In this document: piece after piece, positions 20,574 through 31,104 of the stretch | Numbering within the stretch: the first letter of the stretch is position 1 | Layout: the number at the start of each line of letters is the position of its first letter | Origin: Spirochaetia bacterium | GTDB lineage: Bacteria > Spirochaetota > Spirochaetia > CAKZLE01 | DNA length: 64,000 nucleotides | NCBI GenBank assembly: GCA_963677595.1 | Contig: OY782041.1 | Coordinates: 96,001-160,000 of the forward strand | Direction: 5' to 3' | Notes under the pieces: model-generated | Seen by the model: the letters and a program-made list of their open reading frames with translations, nothing else | Database searches by the model: none | What the model was told of the DNA's origin: nothing | Program-made: the position numbers and the translations under genes

Positions 20574-22049
20574 ATGAGTTCCAACGAACATATCATCCAG
20601 GTAGACAGGGTGAAGCCGCACACATCGAAGAAGAAGAGAAGAAGGATCATCATCGTGCTGATCCTGCTCATCGCAGCAGCAGGCGGCGCCTACTGGTACC
20701 TGAACCAGTCAGCACAGCCGGAGGTCATGACCATCTCCTCCTATGACGCAGTGAATGTCACGAGCGGGGATCTCGTATCCACCACGGAAGCGAGCGGCAC
20801 GGTCGTGCTCCCCAACCAGGTGACCATCGTCAATACCAAAGAGGGGTACATCAAGGAGCTGCTCGTAGCAGAAGGTGATGAGATCACCACCGAGGATGTC
20901 CTGCTGGTCATGGACGTACCGGAGTATGAGGAGCAGATGGAGACCTATGAGGTCCAGCTCGAACAGGCGAACATCGAGTATGACTCCCAGGTCTACTCCT
21001 ATGATTACCAGATAGCTGGGTACCAGAAGAGCATCGCACGCGTCGATGAGGATATCATGGAAGCCCAGGCCGATATCGAGGCGATCACCTCGAGGTCCCT
21101 CTATGACCTGCGGACTTTGCAGCTCAAGATCGACCGGCTCACCGCCCAGATCGAGACTGCCCGTGCCGACGTCACGGAGGCTGCAGCCCTCGCTGAGCTG
21201 AGGACCTCCTACAAGACCAGTTATGAGTCAGCCGTGGACACCCTGGACTCACTGCTCGAATCGAAGGAAGATTACGAGCTCCAGCTCGCCGATACCTACG
21301 ACTCCCTCTATGAAACGGCTGTCAAGGACCTGAAGGCCCTCCAGGAGTCCAAGGCCGACTATGAGTCCGACCTGGCCAACACGAAAGCGAACCGCGAGTT
21401 CTATATCGCGAAGCAGGAGTCGAACATCAGCCAGATCCAGCTGAACATCTCACAGCTCAAGAATGATATACAAGAGCTGAACATAACCAGCCCGATCGCG
21501 GGGGAGATCCTCTCGATCAACGGGGACGCCGAGATCGAGGGGAACTACCTGAGCTCCTCAGAGTCCCTCTTCGTCGTAGCTGACCGCTCGCAGGTCTATG
21601 TCGACCTCGATGTCTACGAGCAGTACGCAGGGCTTCTGGAAGTGGGTGACCCCGTCAGCCTGACGATCGGGACCGAGACCATGAGTGCCGAGATCATCAG
21701 GATCGGGAAGGTCGCCTCCCTCGACTCCGACGGGCTTACCGCCACGATCGCTATCCGGGTCAGGCCCCAGACCGACACGGTCCTCAACCCGGGGGCATCT
21801 GCCGTCTCGAGCATCACGCTGGGGACCCAGGAGAACACCCTCCTGCTGCCGAGAGGTTCCTACCTGACGACAGGAAGCCAGAAGTACCTCTACGTCGTGG
21901 ACGGGGACATGGCATACAAGACCGAAGTCACCTTCGGCGAGATACAGGGGAACAAGGTCGAGGTCATCAGCGGCGTGGAAGCTGGTGATACCGTCATCAC
22001 ATCATCATACCAGGGATTCATCGCTGAAGATGTGATCCGCCTGCAGTAA
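20574..22049 (+). CDS. Periplasmic adaptor (HlyD/MacA-like) subunit
   Basis: N-terminal TM, lipoyl halves (GYIKELLVAEGD / ITSPIAGEI), long coiled coil, C-terminal beta domains. Confidence 0.88.
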   Translation: MSSNEHIIQVDRVKPHTSKKKRRRIIIVLILLIAAAGGAYWYLNQSAQPEVMTISSYDAVNVTSGDLVSTTEASGTVVLPNQVTIVNTKEGYIKELLVAEGDEITTEDVLLVMDVPEYEEQMETYEVQLEQANIEYDSQVYSYDYQIAGYQKSIARVDEDIMEAQADIEAITSRSLYDLRTLQLKIDRLTAQIETARADVTEAAALAELRTSYKTSYESAVDTLDSLLESKEDYELQLADTYDSLYETAVKDLKALQESKADYESDLANTKANREFYIAKQESNISQIQLNISQLKNDIQELNITSPIAGEILSINGDAEIEGNYLSSSESLFVVADRSQVYVDLDVYEQYAGLLEVGDPVSLTIGTETMSAEIIRIGKVASLDSDGLTATIAIRVRPQTDTVLNPGASAVSSITLGTQENTLLLPRGSYLTTGSQKYLYVVDGDMAYKTEVTFGEIQGNKVEVISGVEAGDTVITSSYQGFIAEDVIRLQ

Positions 22050-22062
22050 CGGAGGAGAACCA

Positions 22063-22758
22063 ATGATTACCTTAGAGAACATTTCAAAAGTATACGACCT
22101 CGAGGAGGTCAAGATCACGGCAGTGGACAATGTCTCCCTGTCGATAGACCGGGGCGAGTACATCGCCGTCATGGGACCGTCAGGGTCGGGCAAGTCGACC
22201 CTGATGCAGATCCTCGGCATCCTCGACGATGCCACCAGCGGGGTCTACAAGCTCGAGGGCTATGATATCACGACGCTGCCCGACAAGGAGCAGGCCCGTA
22301 TCAGGAACAAGCACTTCGGCTTCATCTTCCAGAGCTTCAACCTCTTCCCCGAGCTCAGTGCGTTGGAGAACGTCATGCTCCCGATGCAGTACGCAGGCGT
22401 CCCGGTCAAGAAGCGGAAGGAACGGGCGATCTACCTCCTCAACGAGGTAGGCCTCTCACACCGGTACAACCACCTCCCGACGATGCTCTCCGGTGGTGAG
22501 CAGCAGCGGGTAGCGATCGCACGGGCCCTCTCGAACGAACCGGACCTGATCCTGGCCGATGAGCCGACGGGTAACCTCCCGACCGACAAGGGGGACGCGA
22601 TCATGGAGATCCTCGAGAAGGTCAACAATGACGGGGTCACCATCGTCATGGTCACCCACAACCCCGCACAGGGAAGGCGTGCAAAGCGTGTGATCAGGCT
22701 CAGGGACGGCCGCCTGGACGACAGCGAAGTACCTGCAGGAGAAGCGTATGCTGAATGA
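22063..22758 (+). CDS. ABC exporter ATP-binding protein (MacB/LolD-like)
   Basis: [32 protein letters not shown]. Confidence 0.95.
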   Translation: MITLENISKVYDLEEVKITAVDNVSLSIDRGEYIAVMGPSGSGKSTLMQILGILDDATSGVYKLEGYDITTLPDKEQARIRNKHFGFIFQSFNLFPELSALENVMLPMQYAGVPVKKRKERAIYLLNEVGLSHRYNHLPTMLSGGEQQRVAIARALSNEPDLILADEPTGNLPTDKGDAIMEILEKVNNDGVTIVMVTHNPAQGRRAKRVIRLRDGRLDDSEVPAGEAYAE

Positions 22759-24160
22759 ACCGGTAAAGATCATGCTCAGGCGGTTCATCGACCGTCTGAC
22801 CGAGTCGGGACTGCTGGTCCTGACCGTAGCGCTGGGAGTCGGGGCCTTCGCCGCAGGCGGGGCGCTCTTCATCAACGTACAGCAGCAGAGTGCTGCCATG
22901 CTGGCCTCCCCTGAGTACCACGAGATCGTCATCTCCACGAGGACGAATACCGAGGACATGGCTACCCCGGTAGAGGCGAAGGCACTGAACGAGGACACGA
23001 TCCTCACCCAGTCGGACCTCTCCGCCGGGGACATGATCCCCGCCGTGGAGTACAGCTATATCATGAACCACTCGCGGCTGAGACTCATAAACGAGGACTC
23101 GATAGCCCGGGAGACCGCCATGAGGGAGGAGTTCCAGGCCCAGGCCGAGGCTGAGGGGGGCACCCCGCCCGAGGGCGAGACAACTCCCGAGGGAGCGGAT
23201 GCCGCACCGGAAGGCGACGGCGGGTTCTTCTCCTTCAGCCAGGATGTCTCGGAGGATTGGGATGAGATCGCTGCCGACAGCGACATCCTCATCGCCGATG
23301 TGGAGGAGGTCTCAGGCTATGAGGTCACCTCAGGGTTCTTCCCCGCCTGGGGCATCGACGCGGCTGCAGGTTCCCTCTTCAGCCAGAGCGATTATGACGG
23401 TACTGATGACGTCATCCTGCTGGGAAGCACCATAGCGGAAACCCTGGCGGACGGGGATGATACCACTTCCCTGATCGGGAAGAAGCTCCTTACCCGTGAG
23501 GGGTACCAGACCATCATCGGTATCCTCGAGACGACAGGGACGACGGTGGACAAGTACTATGTCGAACCCTATAAGGACGTTGCAGCTTCCGGCGGCTTCA
23601 CCGGCTTCCGGATGATGTTCATGAACAGCGAGCTCCGTTTCAGCGTATCCGACCCCGAAGCCCTTGACTCGACGGCCCAGATGCTCGATGAGTGGTTCAC
23701 CTCCCAGTTCGGTGAAGACCAGATAAACGTGCTGAACCCGAGGATCGAGGCAGAGCAGACGATCGCCCGTAACAACGGGATCAGCCTCCTGCTGCTCATC
23801 CTGGCAGTGGCCGGCCTGTTCATCGCTTCGGTGAACATCGCGCACATGCTGCTGAGCCGGACCATGCGCATGAAGAAGCATGTCGGCATCCTCATGGCAC
23901 TCGGTGCCACGAGGAAGAACGTGAACAGGCTCTTCGCCACAGAGGCACTGCTGGTCATCGTCCTCGGCACCGTGGTCGGTGCCCTGATCGCGATCCCGCT
24001 GAACCTCCAGATGAAGGCTTCGCTCGAGCTCATGGGGAACTCGACCTGGATGGTCGCTCTCAGCGCCCTGCTCTCTGCAGTCATCATCTTCATCTTCACC
24101 CAGATGCCGATCAGGCGGTTCGACAGCATCAAGCCGGCTGACGCCATGAGAGCACAGTAG
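22748..24160 (+). CDS. ABC transporter permease (MacB/FtsX-like)
   Basis: TM, large periplasmic domain, 3 TM; GILMALGAT motif. Confidence 0.88.
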   Translation: MLNEPVKIMLRRFIDRLTESGLLVLTVALGVGAFAAGGALFINVQQQSAAMLASPEYHEIVISTRTNTEDMATPVEAKALNEDTILTQSDLSAGDMIPAVEYSYIMNHSRLRLINEDSIARETAMREEFQAQAEAEGGTPPEGETTPEGADAAPEGDGGFFSFSQDVSEDWDEIAADSDILIADVEEVSGYEVTSGFFPAWGIDAAAGSLFSQSDYDGTDDVILLGSTIAETLADGDDTTSLIGKKLLTREGYQTIIGILETTGTTVDKYYVEPYKDVAASGGFTGFRMMFMNSELRFSVSDPEALDSTAQMLDEWFTSQFGEDQINVLNPRIEAEQTIARNNGISLLLLILAVAGLFIASVNIAHMLLSRTMRMKKHVGILMALGATRKNVNRLFATEALLVIVLGTVVGALIAIPLNLQMKASLELMGNSTWMVALSALLSAVIIFIFTQMPIRRFDSIKPADAMRAQ

Positions 24161-24173
24161 GAGGAATCACATC

Positions 24174-25481
24174 ATGAAGAAATTTTTAGTCGTGCTCTTC
24201 AGGCAGTGGGCACATTCACCGATAAAAGTACTGCTGACCCTGCTGGCAGTGTCATTGGGGACCTTCATCCTCATCCTCTCGTTCAGCGTCACGAACATCA
24301 TCGATGAGAAGGTCACCGATGTCCTCAACGCCCAGGGTGTGATCGTCCATGTCGCAAACGGCACGTGGGACTCCGAGGGTAACGTGGACCAGACGAGGCC
24401 CTCCGAATGGGACACCTCTGCCGGGGACTACCTCATCTCCGACACTGATTCCGTGGAGTACACGGCGATCGTGTCCTTCTCACCCTTCATGGAGCTCAAC
24501 GTGGGAGGCACCTCCTACAACCTGCGCTCCTCCATAGCGACGGAACCCTCCTACTTCGATGTCTTCGACCTCGAGGTCATCGCAGGGGTCCCGATGTCCG
24601 AGGAGGATGTATCGCTCGGCTCGAGGAAGGTCTGGCTCTCTGAGGAGACTGCCGTCCTGCTCTTCGGCTCAGCCGAGGATGCGATCGGGCAGTGGGTACA
24701 ACCGCCTGGGTTCACGATGGGCCGGGGCATGAACAGCCAGGAACAGAACATGGTCATCCAGTACAGCGTTGCCGGCGTCTACGAGACCCCGTCCGAGATC
24801 ACCAGGAACTCCTATGGGATCGGGGACCTGCTCGTTCCCTTCACCTCCTTCCTCCCGCAGGGAGCCAACGCCTCCATGGCGATGAACAGGATGGCAGGGA
24901 CGATGGTCATCAAGAGTTCAGAGACCTCCGTCGAGTCCGCCGAGGCCGCGATCAGGCAGACGCTGACCCAGAACTACGGGGATGATATAGACATCATCGT
25001 GTGGGAAGGCTCCATGCGGGGCGAGACGAGCTATATGCAGGACCTGCGCAAGACGGTCAATGTCTTCACCGTGTCGGTGAACATCCTCGGTATCGTCCTC
25101 ATGCTCGTGAGTACCCTCGGGGTCTTCTCCATCATGCTCGTCGAGGCATTGAGCAGAAAGAAGCATATCGCACTCGAGCGGGCCCTCGGCGCCTCGAAGG
25201 GACGGATCATCCAGGAGTTCTGGATCTGGTCGATCGCCATGAGCTTCCTCGGGGTTGCCTTAGGCGCTATCATCTCCTACTTCGTCTGCCCGACTGTGCT
25301 CTCTACCATCTCTCCCCTGCTCGGCGACCTTTCGACGGAGCTCGACCTCACGTCAGGCATCGACCTCAAGGCACTGCTCGAGAGTGCGGTACTCGTACTC
25401 GGGTTCGGCGGGCTCTTCGGGCTGCTCCCGGCACTGCCGGCAGTCAACGACTCGATCGCCGATGTGCTGAAGGAGGCGTAA
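24174..25481 (+). CDS. ABC transporter permease (MacB/FtsX-like)
   Basis: Same architecture; IALERALGAS motif. Confidence 0.88.
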   Translation: MKKFLVVLFRQWAHSPIKVLLTLLAVSLGTFILILSFSVTNIIDEKVTDVLNAQGVIVHVANGTWDSEGNVDQTRPSEWDTSAGDYLISDTDSVEYTAIVSFSPFMELNVGGTSYNLRSSIATEPSYFDVFDLEVIAGVPMSEEDVSLGSRKVWLSEETAVLLFGSAEDAIGQWVQPPGFTMGRGMNSQEQNMVIQYSVAGVYETPSEITRNSYGIGDLLVPFTSFLPQGANASMAMNRMAGTMVIKSSETSVESAEAAIRQTLTQNYGDDIDIIVWEGSMRGETSYMQDLRKTVNVFTVSVNILGIVLMLVSTLGVFSIMLVEALSRKKHIALERALGASKGRIIQEFWIWSIAMSFLGVALGAIISYFVCPTVLSTISPLLGDLSTELDLTSGIDLKALLESAVLVLGFGGLFGLLPALPAVNDSIADVLKEA

Positions 25482-25484
25482 GAG

Positions 25485-26756
25485 ATGAGAAAACTACTGG
25501 TTACAGCACTCCTGCTGGTCATGGTCGTCCTCCCCGCGAGCGGGGAGACCCTCTCCAGCATGAACGACCTGGTCTCCTACGCCCTTGCCCACAGCTACTC
25601 CTATACCAGGGCCCTGTATGATGCGAACACCGCCTACAGCAGCCTGGCAACCGACGCATGGTATGAGAGCTCTTCGATGAGCTTGAGATCCGATGCGGCG
25701 GTGAACAGCACAACCAACGGGGTGTCGGCAACACTGTCGGTCGACGTTCCGGTGAACGACTACCTGACGATCTCAGGCAATATCGACACAGCCCTCTCTG
25801 GGAAGATGTCGGTGAGCATCAACCCGCTGGCACAGCCGGAGAGTACCGTGGAAGAGGAGTTGGCATATGAGAATGCCAGCCTCAACCTCGCTGAGCTGAA
25901 GCAGTCGATCAGCAATGACGTGGTCTCTGCCTACATCAGCTACCGGCTTGCCGAGGAGGAGCTCTCCCTCACGGAGAAGCAGGCGGACCTTGCGAAGCAG
26001 GAGTATGAGTTCGAGCAGGAGCTCTACGACCTCGGGGAGGTGACCCTCATCGAGCTGCAGGAGGTCCTTGACGACCTCTCCGATGCACAGAACAGCGTGA
26101 GTACGGGTAGGAACTCCCTCACGACCGCCAAACGGGCGCTCATGCAGACCCTCGGGGCAGAGACGGCAGCGGAGCTTACGCTCCCGGTGATCGACCTCCA
26201 GGCCTTCGCCGACCTGGCGACGGTGAACGAGGATACCGATTACGCAGCTTCGACTTCTGTCATGGGGACCTATGCAGTCATTTCTGCGGTGAACAGTGAG
26301 AAGACCGCCCAGGACACCTATGATACCCAGCGGCTCTTCGAGCCGAATGTGAGCATCTCCTCAAATATCAGCACGAGTGGTGCAATCACCGGGTCGGTCA
26401 GTTTCTCGATGGGGTTCGACAGTTTCAAGGAGGATGTGAAAGCAGACTACCTCGATGCCCTCACGCTCGCACAGCAGAATACACTCAGCACCATATCATC
26501 AGCCCAGTACAGCCTGGACGCACTGATCGAGTCGATCGCCTATGACAAGCTGCAGATAGCAGATGCAAGAAGGCAGGTCGAGATGACCCAGCGGCTGATC
26601 GACGAGGCGGAGACACTCTATGCGCATGATGAGTATGATGAGCTCGACCTGGCATCACTGAAGCTCTCGGCAGAGTCCAAGGAGCTCTCCCTGATGAAGG
26701 AGATCCTGGACTGGTACGAACACCAGCTCGAGATCAAGGTATACCTTACCACATAA
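25485..26756 (+). CDS. TolC-family outer membrane efflux protein
   Basis: Signal peptide, repeated helix-beta units, YDLGEVTLIEL motif, last gene of the exporter operon. Confidence 0.75.
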   Translation: MRKLLVTALLLVMVVLPASGETLSSMNDLVSYALAHSYSYTRALYDANTAYSSLATDAWYESSSMSLRSDAAVNSTTNGVSATLSVDVPVNDYLTISGNIDTALSGKMSVSINPLAQPESTVEEELAYENASLNLAELKQSISNDVVSAYISYRLAEEELSLTEKQADLAKQEYEFEQELYDLGEVTLIELQEVLDDLSDAQNSVSTGRNSLTTAKRALMQTLGAETAAELTLPVIDLQAFADLATVNEDTDYAASTSVMGTYAVISAVNSEKTAQDTYDTQRLFEPNVSISSNISTSGAITGSVSFSMGFDSFKEDVKADYLDALTLAQQNTLSTISSAQYSLDALIESIAYDKLQIADARRQVEMTQRLIDEAETLYAHDEYDELDLASLKLSAESKELSLMKEILDWYEHQLEIKVYLTT

Positions 26757-26777
26757 GAGGGCCCGGATACGCATACA

Positions 26778-26818
26778 GCACCGAAGGCTGCATAGAGGGT
26801 TATGCAGCCTTCGGTGCG
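26778..26818. terminator. Hairpin between convergent genes
   Basis: GCACCGAAGGCTGCATA-loop-TATGCAGCCTTCGGTGC. Confidence 0.7.
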
Positions 26819-26822
26819 TTAT

Positions 26823-27647
26823 TCAGAAATCGAAGTTCTCGGGGTCGGAGCCGATTCTGTCCCCCTCAACGGCCTTCATCCGCATCAGGTCCTCTTCGCT
26901 GATGGTGATATCCGGCAGTTCGAAGTTCTCGATGATCCGCTTCTTGCGGTTCGACTTCACCAGCGGGACGTTCCCCATCTGCAGCTGCCAGATGGTGGCG
27001 AACTGCGATACCGTACAGCCGTAGGTTTCCGCGAGCTCTGCAATAAGGGGCAGTTCGAAGATGGCCCCCTGCATCAGGGTCGCCCAGGACTCGATGATGA
27101 TCCCATGCGTATGGCAATACTCCTGCAGCTCATACTGCGGGAACTGCGGGTGGAGCTCCACCTGGTTGACCATCGGGACGATGTCCACTCCCTTCAGGAG
27201 CTCCTTGAGCTGCCGTATGGTGAAGTTACTCACCCCGATCGATCGTACCCTGCCCTCTTCATAGAGCTTCTCGAGTGCCTTCCAGGTCTCTCCACTCACC
27301 GGCTTCGGCCAGTGGATGAGGTAGAGGTCCAGGTAGTCGGTCCCAAGCCTCTCCAGCGACTTCTCGAACGCCTCAAGGGTGGTATCATAGCCCTGGTCAG
27401 AGTTCCAGACCTTGCTCGTGAGGAAGATATCCTCACGCGGTATGCCGCTCTTGCGCATCCCCTCGCCGACCCCGCGTTCGTTCCCGTAGATGGCAGCCGT
27501 GTCGATATGGCGGTAGCCGGCCTGCAGGGCATCATTGACTGCATCGATGACGAGGGACCCCTCAGGTATCTTGAAGGTCCCGAACCCCAGTGCCGGGATC
27601 TTCTTCCCGTTCGATAACTCATACTCTCTCATACTCTCTTCCCCCAT
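26823..27647 (-). CDS. Aldo/keto reductase (2,5-DKG reductase-like)
   Basis: GYRHIDTAAIYGNE, LDLYLIHWP, IGVSNF, NQVELHP; true start may be 27632. Confidence 0.93.
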   Translation of the reverse strand: MGEESMREYELSNGKKIPALGFGTFKIPEGSLVIDAVNDALQAGYRHIDTAAIYGNERGVGEGMRKSGIPREDIFLTSKVWNSDQGYDTTLEAFEKSLERLGTDYLDLYLIHWPKPVSGETWKALEKLYEEGRVRSIGVSNFTIRQLKELLKGVDIVPMVNQVELHPQFPQYELQEYCHTHGIIIESWATLMQGAIFELPLIAELAETYGCTVSQFATIWQLQMGNVPLVKSNRKKRIIENFELPDITISEEDLMRMKAVEGDRIGSDPENFDF

Positions 27648-27698
27648 GAGGGAATTGTAGCATACAGCCGGGGGGCTGTTCCAGAACGCCCGAGCTGA

Positions 27699-27806
27699 TT
27701 ACTGAACATGATGGATCTCTATCTGTGGTGCAGGGAACGGCCATACCTCTGGGAAAACGGTCAGTCCTTCCCCCAATACCCCGATAACAGGTCTCTGCTC
27801 AGCCAT
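27699..27806 (-). pseudogene. RloB-like N-terminal remnant
   Basis: MAEQRPVIGVLGEGLT overlaps the AAA ATPase stop, matches the RloB/TOPRIM EGxT start, then loses similarity and stops after 35 aa. Confidence 0.55.
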
Positions 27807-29118
27807 GGTATTCAGGGGTATCCTCGGAAACCTGCAGTGATCCCAGATACGGTACAGCACCGAGCTTACCGATCTTATAGAAGTTCGCAATTGAATTATT
27901 CCTATGCAGACCGTAATCACTACCCCGGGAGATCACTGTAGCTCCAGTAGTCCTGTCTTTCTCACAGAACAGGAACATGTCAGGACTCAGATGGTCGCAC
28001 TCGAGGAGCCTGGTGTTATGGGTCGTGATGAGCATCTGGGAGGAAGATGCATTGTAGAGAAACATGTTGAGAAAAAAGATCATGAGATCAGGATGGAGGG
28101 AGCTTTCGAGTTCATCAATGCTTACAAAGCACCTCTTGCTGATCAACTCATGAAGCACGATCGACAATCCAAGGAACCGTCTTGTCCCATTCGATTCTTC
28201 CTCGATCTCAAGAGTCGCCTGCCCTCCCCGATAGGTATGGGTGAATACTGGATGGTCTTTCTCGATCCTTCGTTCGGAAAGGATCTGCTCTTTCACGGAC
28301 TGAGGGATACGCTTATCAACTTCCACCGCGGAGAGGATGGAATCCTCAAGGAGTACCTCATCTTCCTCGATCCTGAAATCCTCTATCTGGATATCGGCTT
28401 TGTTCAGCATCTGGACTACATAGGCATTGTATCTATCCTTGTCCTTACGTATCATTCGTACAGCCCAACTCTCAAGGTCTGTCGAAGGGATGATGAGGGG
28501 AAGCAAAGAATCCTTGAGATACTCATATACCGTATTAAGCAGCACATTCGTCACATTCGAAGACCCGAGGGTGGCGAAGAGAGACTCGTTATGGGCTACA
28601 CCGTTTTGAAAGAACTGGCGCTGGTACACATCAAGACCGACCTTCGCCCCAAACTGGATCGTCGGCCTCTCATTCCCTCCTGAACTTTTCCGGGAGAAGA
28701 TATTCGCAGGCTGGGTAGAAGGATAGTAGATGAGCGTTTCTGCTACAATGCTTTTTGCATTCAGTTCCATAGTATAGACATACCTGGTCCCATCTATAAA
28801 GAAATCTATCAGGTATCTGCCGTTACCCTGTTTTGTTACGGGATCGAATTTGAAGGGACTGTATGCAATTGGATCATTCCTCTCCCTCTTTCCTGAAAAG
28901 AGTGCATTCCTGAGGAATTCGAGAGCGTTCACCACATTGGATTTACCCGAAGCATTCGCCCCATAGAGGATCGCCGCCTTGAGGACTTTCCGTTTCTCAT
29001 CAATCGGGATGAACAGAGAATCACTGTAGGGTGCAATGTTTGTCTTCTTGGGAACGAAACTGATGATGACCTCATCTTTTATTGACAATACGTTTAGTAT
29101 TCGAATCTCCTGGATCAT
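27799..29118 (-). CDS. AAA_21-type ATPase (RloA-like)
   Basis: YGANASGKSN, ESNGTRR, IDELESSLHP, LITTHN, FYKIGKLGAVP. Confidence 0.88.
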   Translation of the reverse strand: MIQEIRILNVLSIKDEVIISFVPKKTNIAPYSDSLFIPIDEKRKVLKAAILYGANASGKSNVVNALEFLRNALFSGKRERNDPIAYSPFKFDPVTKQGNGRYLIDFFIDGTRYVYTMELNAKSIVAETLIYYPSTQPANIFSRKSSGGNERPTIQFGAKVGLDVYQRQFFQNGVAHNESLFATLGSSNVTNVLLNTVYEYLKDSLLPLIIPSTDLESWAVRMIRKDKDRYNAYVVQMLNKADIQIEDFRIEEDEVLLEDSILSAVEVDKRIPQSVKEQILSERRIEKDHPVFTHTYRGGQATLEIEEESNGTRRFLGLSIVLHELISKRCFVSIDELESSLHPDLMIFFLNMFLYNASSSQMLITTHNTRLLECDHLSPDMFLFCEKDRTTGATVISRGSDYGLHRNNSIANFYKIGKLGAVPYLGSLQVSEDTPEYHG

Positions 29119-29283
29119 TTTCTTTTCCTGTTTTTCGTAGTTATTCTACAATTTCATCATATAGATATAAGTTATCAAGAGTTTTCCATACAATCTTCCA
29201 TATTGTTTCAGGCTGATGCCGCGATATGCTGGAACACCTGCTATGGGCTTCTTTGACGATGATCAAGACGGTTACGTATCTGA

Positions 29284-29383
29284 AAGTAGGTCGACATGTC
29301 GACCTACTTCAGAACACCTCTGGCAATCTTGCTGCAAGCATAGTATAATACATCTGTAAGTAGGTCGACATGTCGACCTACTT
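29284..29383. repeat. Two identical 26-bp perfect palindromes flanking a promoter
   Basis: AAGTAGGTCGACATGTCGACCTACTT at 29284-29309 and 29358-29383; TGGCAA-17-TATAAT between them. Confidence 0.9.
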
Positions 29384-29398
29384 CAGAATGGAGGCTCT

Positions 29399-30691
29399 AT
29401 GTTCATACGGCGTGATTCATATCTCGAACAACTGAAAGGGAGAAGGTTCAACGGACAGGTAAAAGTCATAACCGGTATCAGACGGAGCGGGAAGAGTTTC
29501 CTGCTCTTTACCATCTATCGGGATTTCCTGCTTGCTGATGGGGTACAAGAAGAGCATATCATCTCAGCTGCCCTTGATGACAGTGAGATGGAGGAACTCT
29601 GCGATCCTGAACAGCTGTCGACCTTTCTTCGGTCACGTATCATAGACCCGCATCAGAGATACTACATCTTTCTTGATGAAGTACAGTACGCGATCTCCCG
29701 GGAAGAGATGAAGGATCCAGATAGACCGATTCGGTTGTACGGTATCCTGAACGGACTCCTGCGTCTCGGCAATGTCGATATCTACGTCACTGGGAGCAAC
29801 TCCAAGTTCCTTTCCAAGGATGTGATGACCGGTTTCCGGGGAAGAGGAGACGTCATTCACGTCTTCCCGCTCTCCTTCAGGGAGTTCTATGATCACGTAG
29901 GAGGCGAGAAGGCAGAGGCCTATGAGCAGTATGCGATGTACGGCGGCATGCCGTTCGTCCTCTCGCAGCTTTCTGATGAGGAAAAAACCCGGTACCTTGC
30001 GAACCTGTTCACCGAAGTCTATCTCCGGGACATCGTAGAACGCCACAAGATCGAACTCGGGCACATACTGGACCAGTTGACTGACCTGCTCTGCTCCTCA
30101 ATTGGGTCCCTGACCAATGCCACCAGGATATCGAACACCCTGGCAAGTGCAGGAGGGAGGAAGGTCACGCCTGAGACAATCGCTTCGTATATTGGTTTCC
30201 TGACCGACTCATTCCTCTTCGCTGAATCCAAACGGTTTGATGTCAAAGGCCGACGATACTTCCAATACCCCTATAAGTATTACTGCAGCGACATAGGCTT
30301 ACGGAATGCACGGCTTCATTTCAGGCAGCAGGAAGAGAGCCATATCATGGAGAACATCATCTATAACGAACTCATCCTGCGGGGGTACCAGGTCGATGTC
30401 GGGGTCGTCGAGATCACCGAGAAAGACTCGGAAGGGATCCGCCGGCAGAAGCAGCTCGAGATCGACTTCGTCGCCAATAAGGGTTCTACGCGATTCTACA
30501 TCCAGTCTGCCCTCTCCATGGACACGGAGGCAAAGACCAGACAGGAATTGAGATCCCTCGAGAAGATCAACGATGCATTCAGGAAGGTCGTCATAACGAA
30601 GACCTATGCAAAGCCCTGGACTGATGATATGGGGACCTTCCATATAGGGCTGTATCAGTTCCTCCTTGAAGAGGACCTGCTCGCTCCCTGA
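29399..30691 (+). CDS. AAA_14 ATPase with DUF4143 and C-terminal PD-(D/E)XK-like region
   Basis: GIRRSGKS, FLDEVQ, VTGSNS, YGGMP, KYYCSDIG, MENIIY, EIDFV...IQS. Confidence 0.88.
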   Translation: MFIRRDSYLEQLKGRRFNGQVKVITGIRRSGKSFLLFTIYRDFLLADGVQEEHIISAALDDSEMEELCDPEQLSTFLRSRIIDPHQRYYIFLDEVQYAISREEMKDPDRPIRLYGILNGLLRLGNVDIYVTGSNSKFLSKDVMTGFRGRGDVIHVFPLSFREFYDHVGGEKAEAYEQYAMYGGMPFVLSQLSDEEKTRYLANLFTEVYLRDIVERHKIELGHILDQLTDLLCSSIGSLTNATRISNTLASAGGRKVTPETIASYIGFLTDSFLFAESKRFDVKGRRYFQYPYKYYCSDIGLRNARLHFRQQEESHIMENIIYNELILRGYQVDVGVVEITEKDSEGIRRQKQLEIDFVANKGSTRFYIQSALSMDTEAKTRQELRSLEKINDAFRKVVITKTYAKPWTDDMGTFHIGLYQFLLEEDLLAP

Positions 30692-30798
30692 TGACTTACT
30701 CCGGGTCCGTCAAACCTTCGCCAGTTCTCATTGCGCATTTAGTTAAATACCATTATACTAGTAGTAGATTGGTAATATTGGAGGTAACTACTCTTATC

Positions 30799-31104
30799 AT
30801 GTTATTTATATCACCAGAAAGAGCAAAAGAGATCCTTTCAGGGAACATAAAAGAGCAGAGACTCCAGCAGGACCTGACCCAGAAGGGGCTCTCAGAACGG
30901 TCGGGGGTTCCCCTGCCAACCCTTCGACGATTCGAACAACATGGGGATATATCCCTGGAAGCATTGGTCAAGCTCCTTATCGTGCTCGGCTCCCTGGAGA
31001 AGGTGATCAAGGCCACTGAGATCGAACAGCAGCCATTCACCTCGATTGACGAGGTGCTTGTCTCAGGGGCTAAAGCTAAGAGGAAACGGGGAAGGAAGTC
31101 ATGA
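30799..31104 (+). CDS. XRE HTH antitoxin (HipB-like)
   Basis: LTQKGLSERSGVPLPTLRRFEQHG HTH; overlaps the hipA start. Confidence 0.8.
   Translation: MLFISPERAKEILSGNIKEQRLQQDLTQKGLSERSGVPLPTLRRFEQHGDISLEALVKLLIVLGSLEKVIKATEIEQQPFTSIDEVLVSGAKAKRKRGRKS

Noticed and set aside
29284-29383. Two palindromic repeats as a mini CRISPR array
   Set aside because: Only two units, the spacer is a promoter, and there are no cas genes in the window
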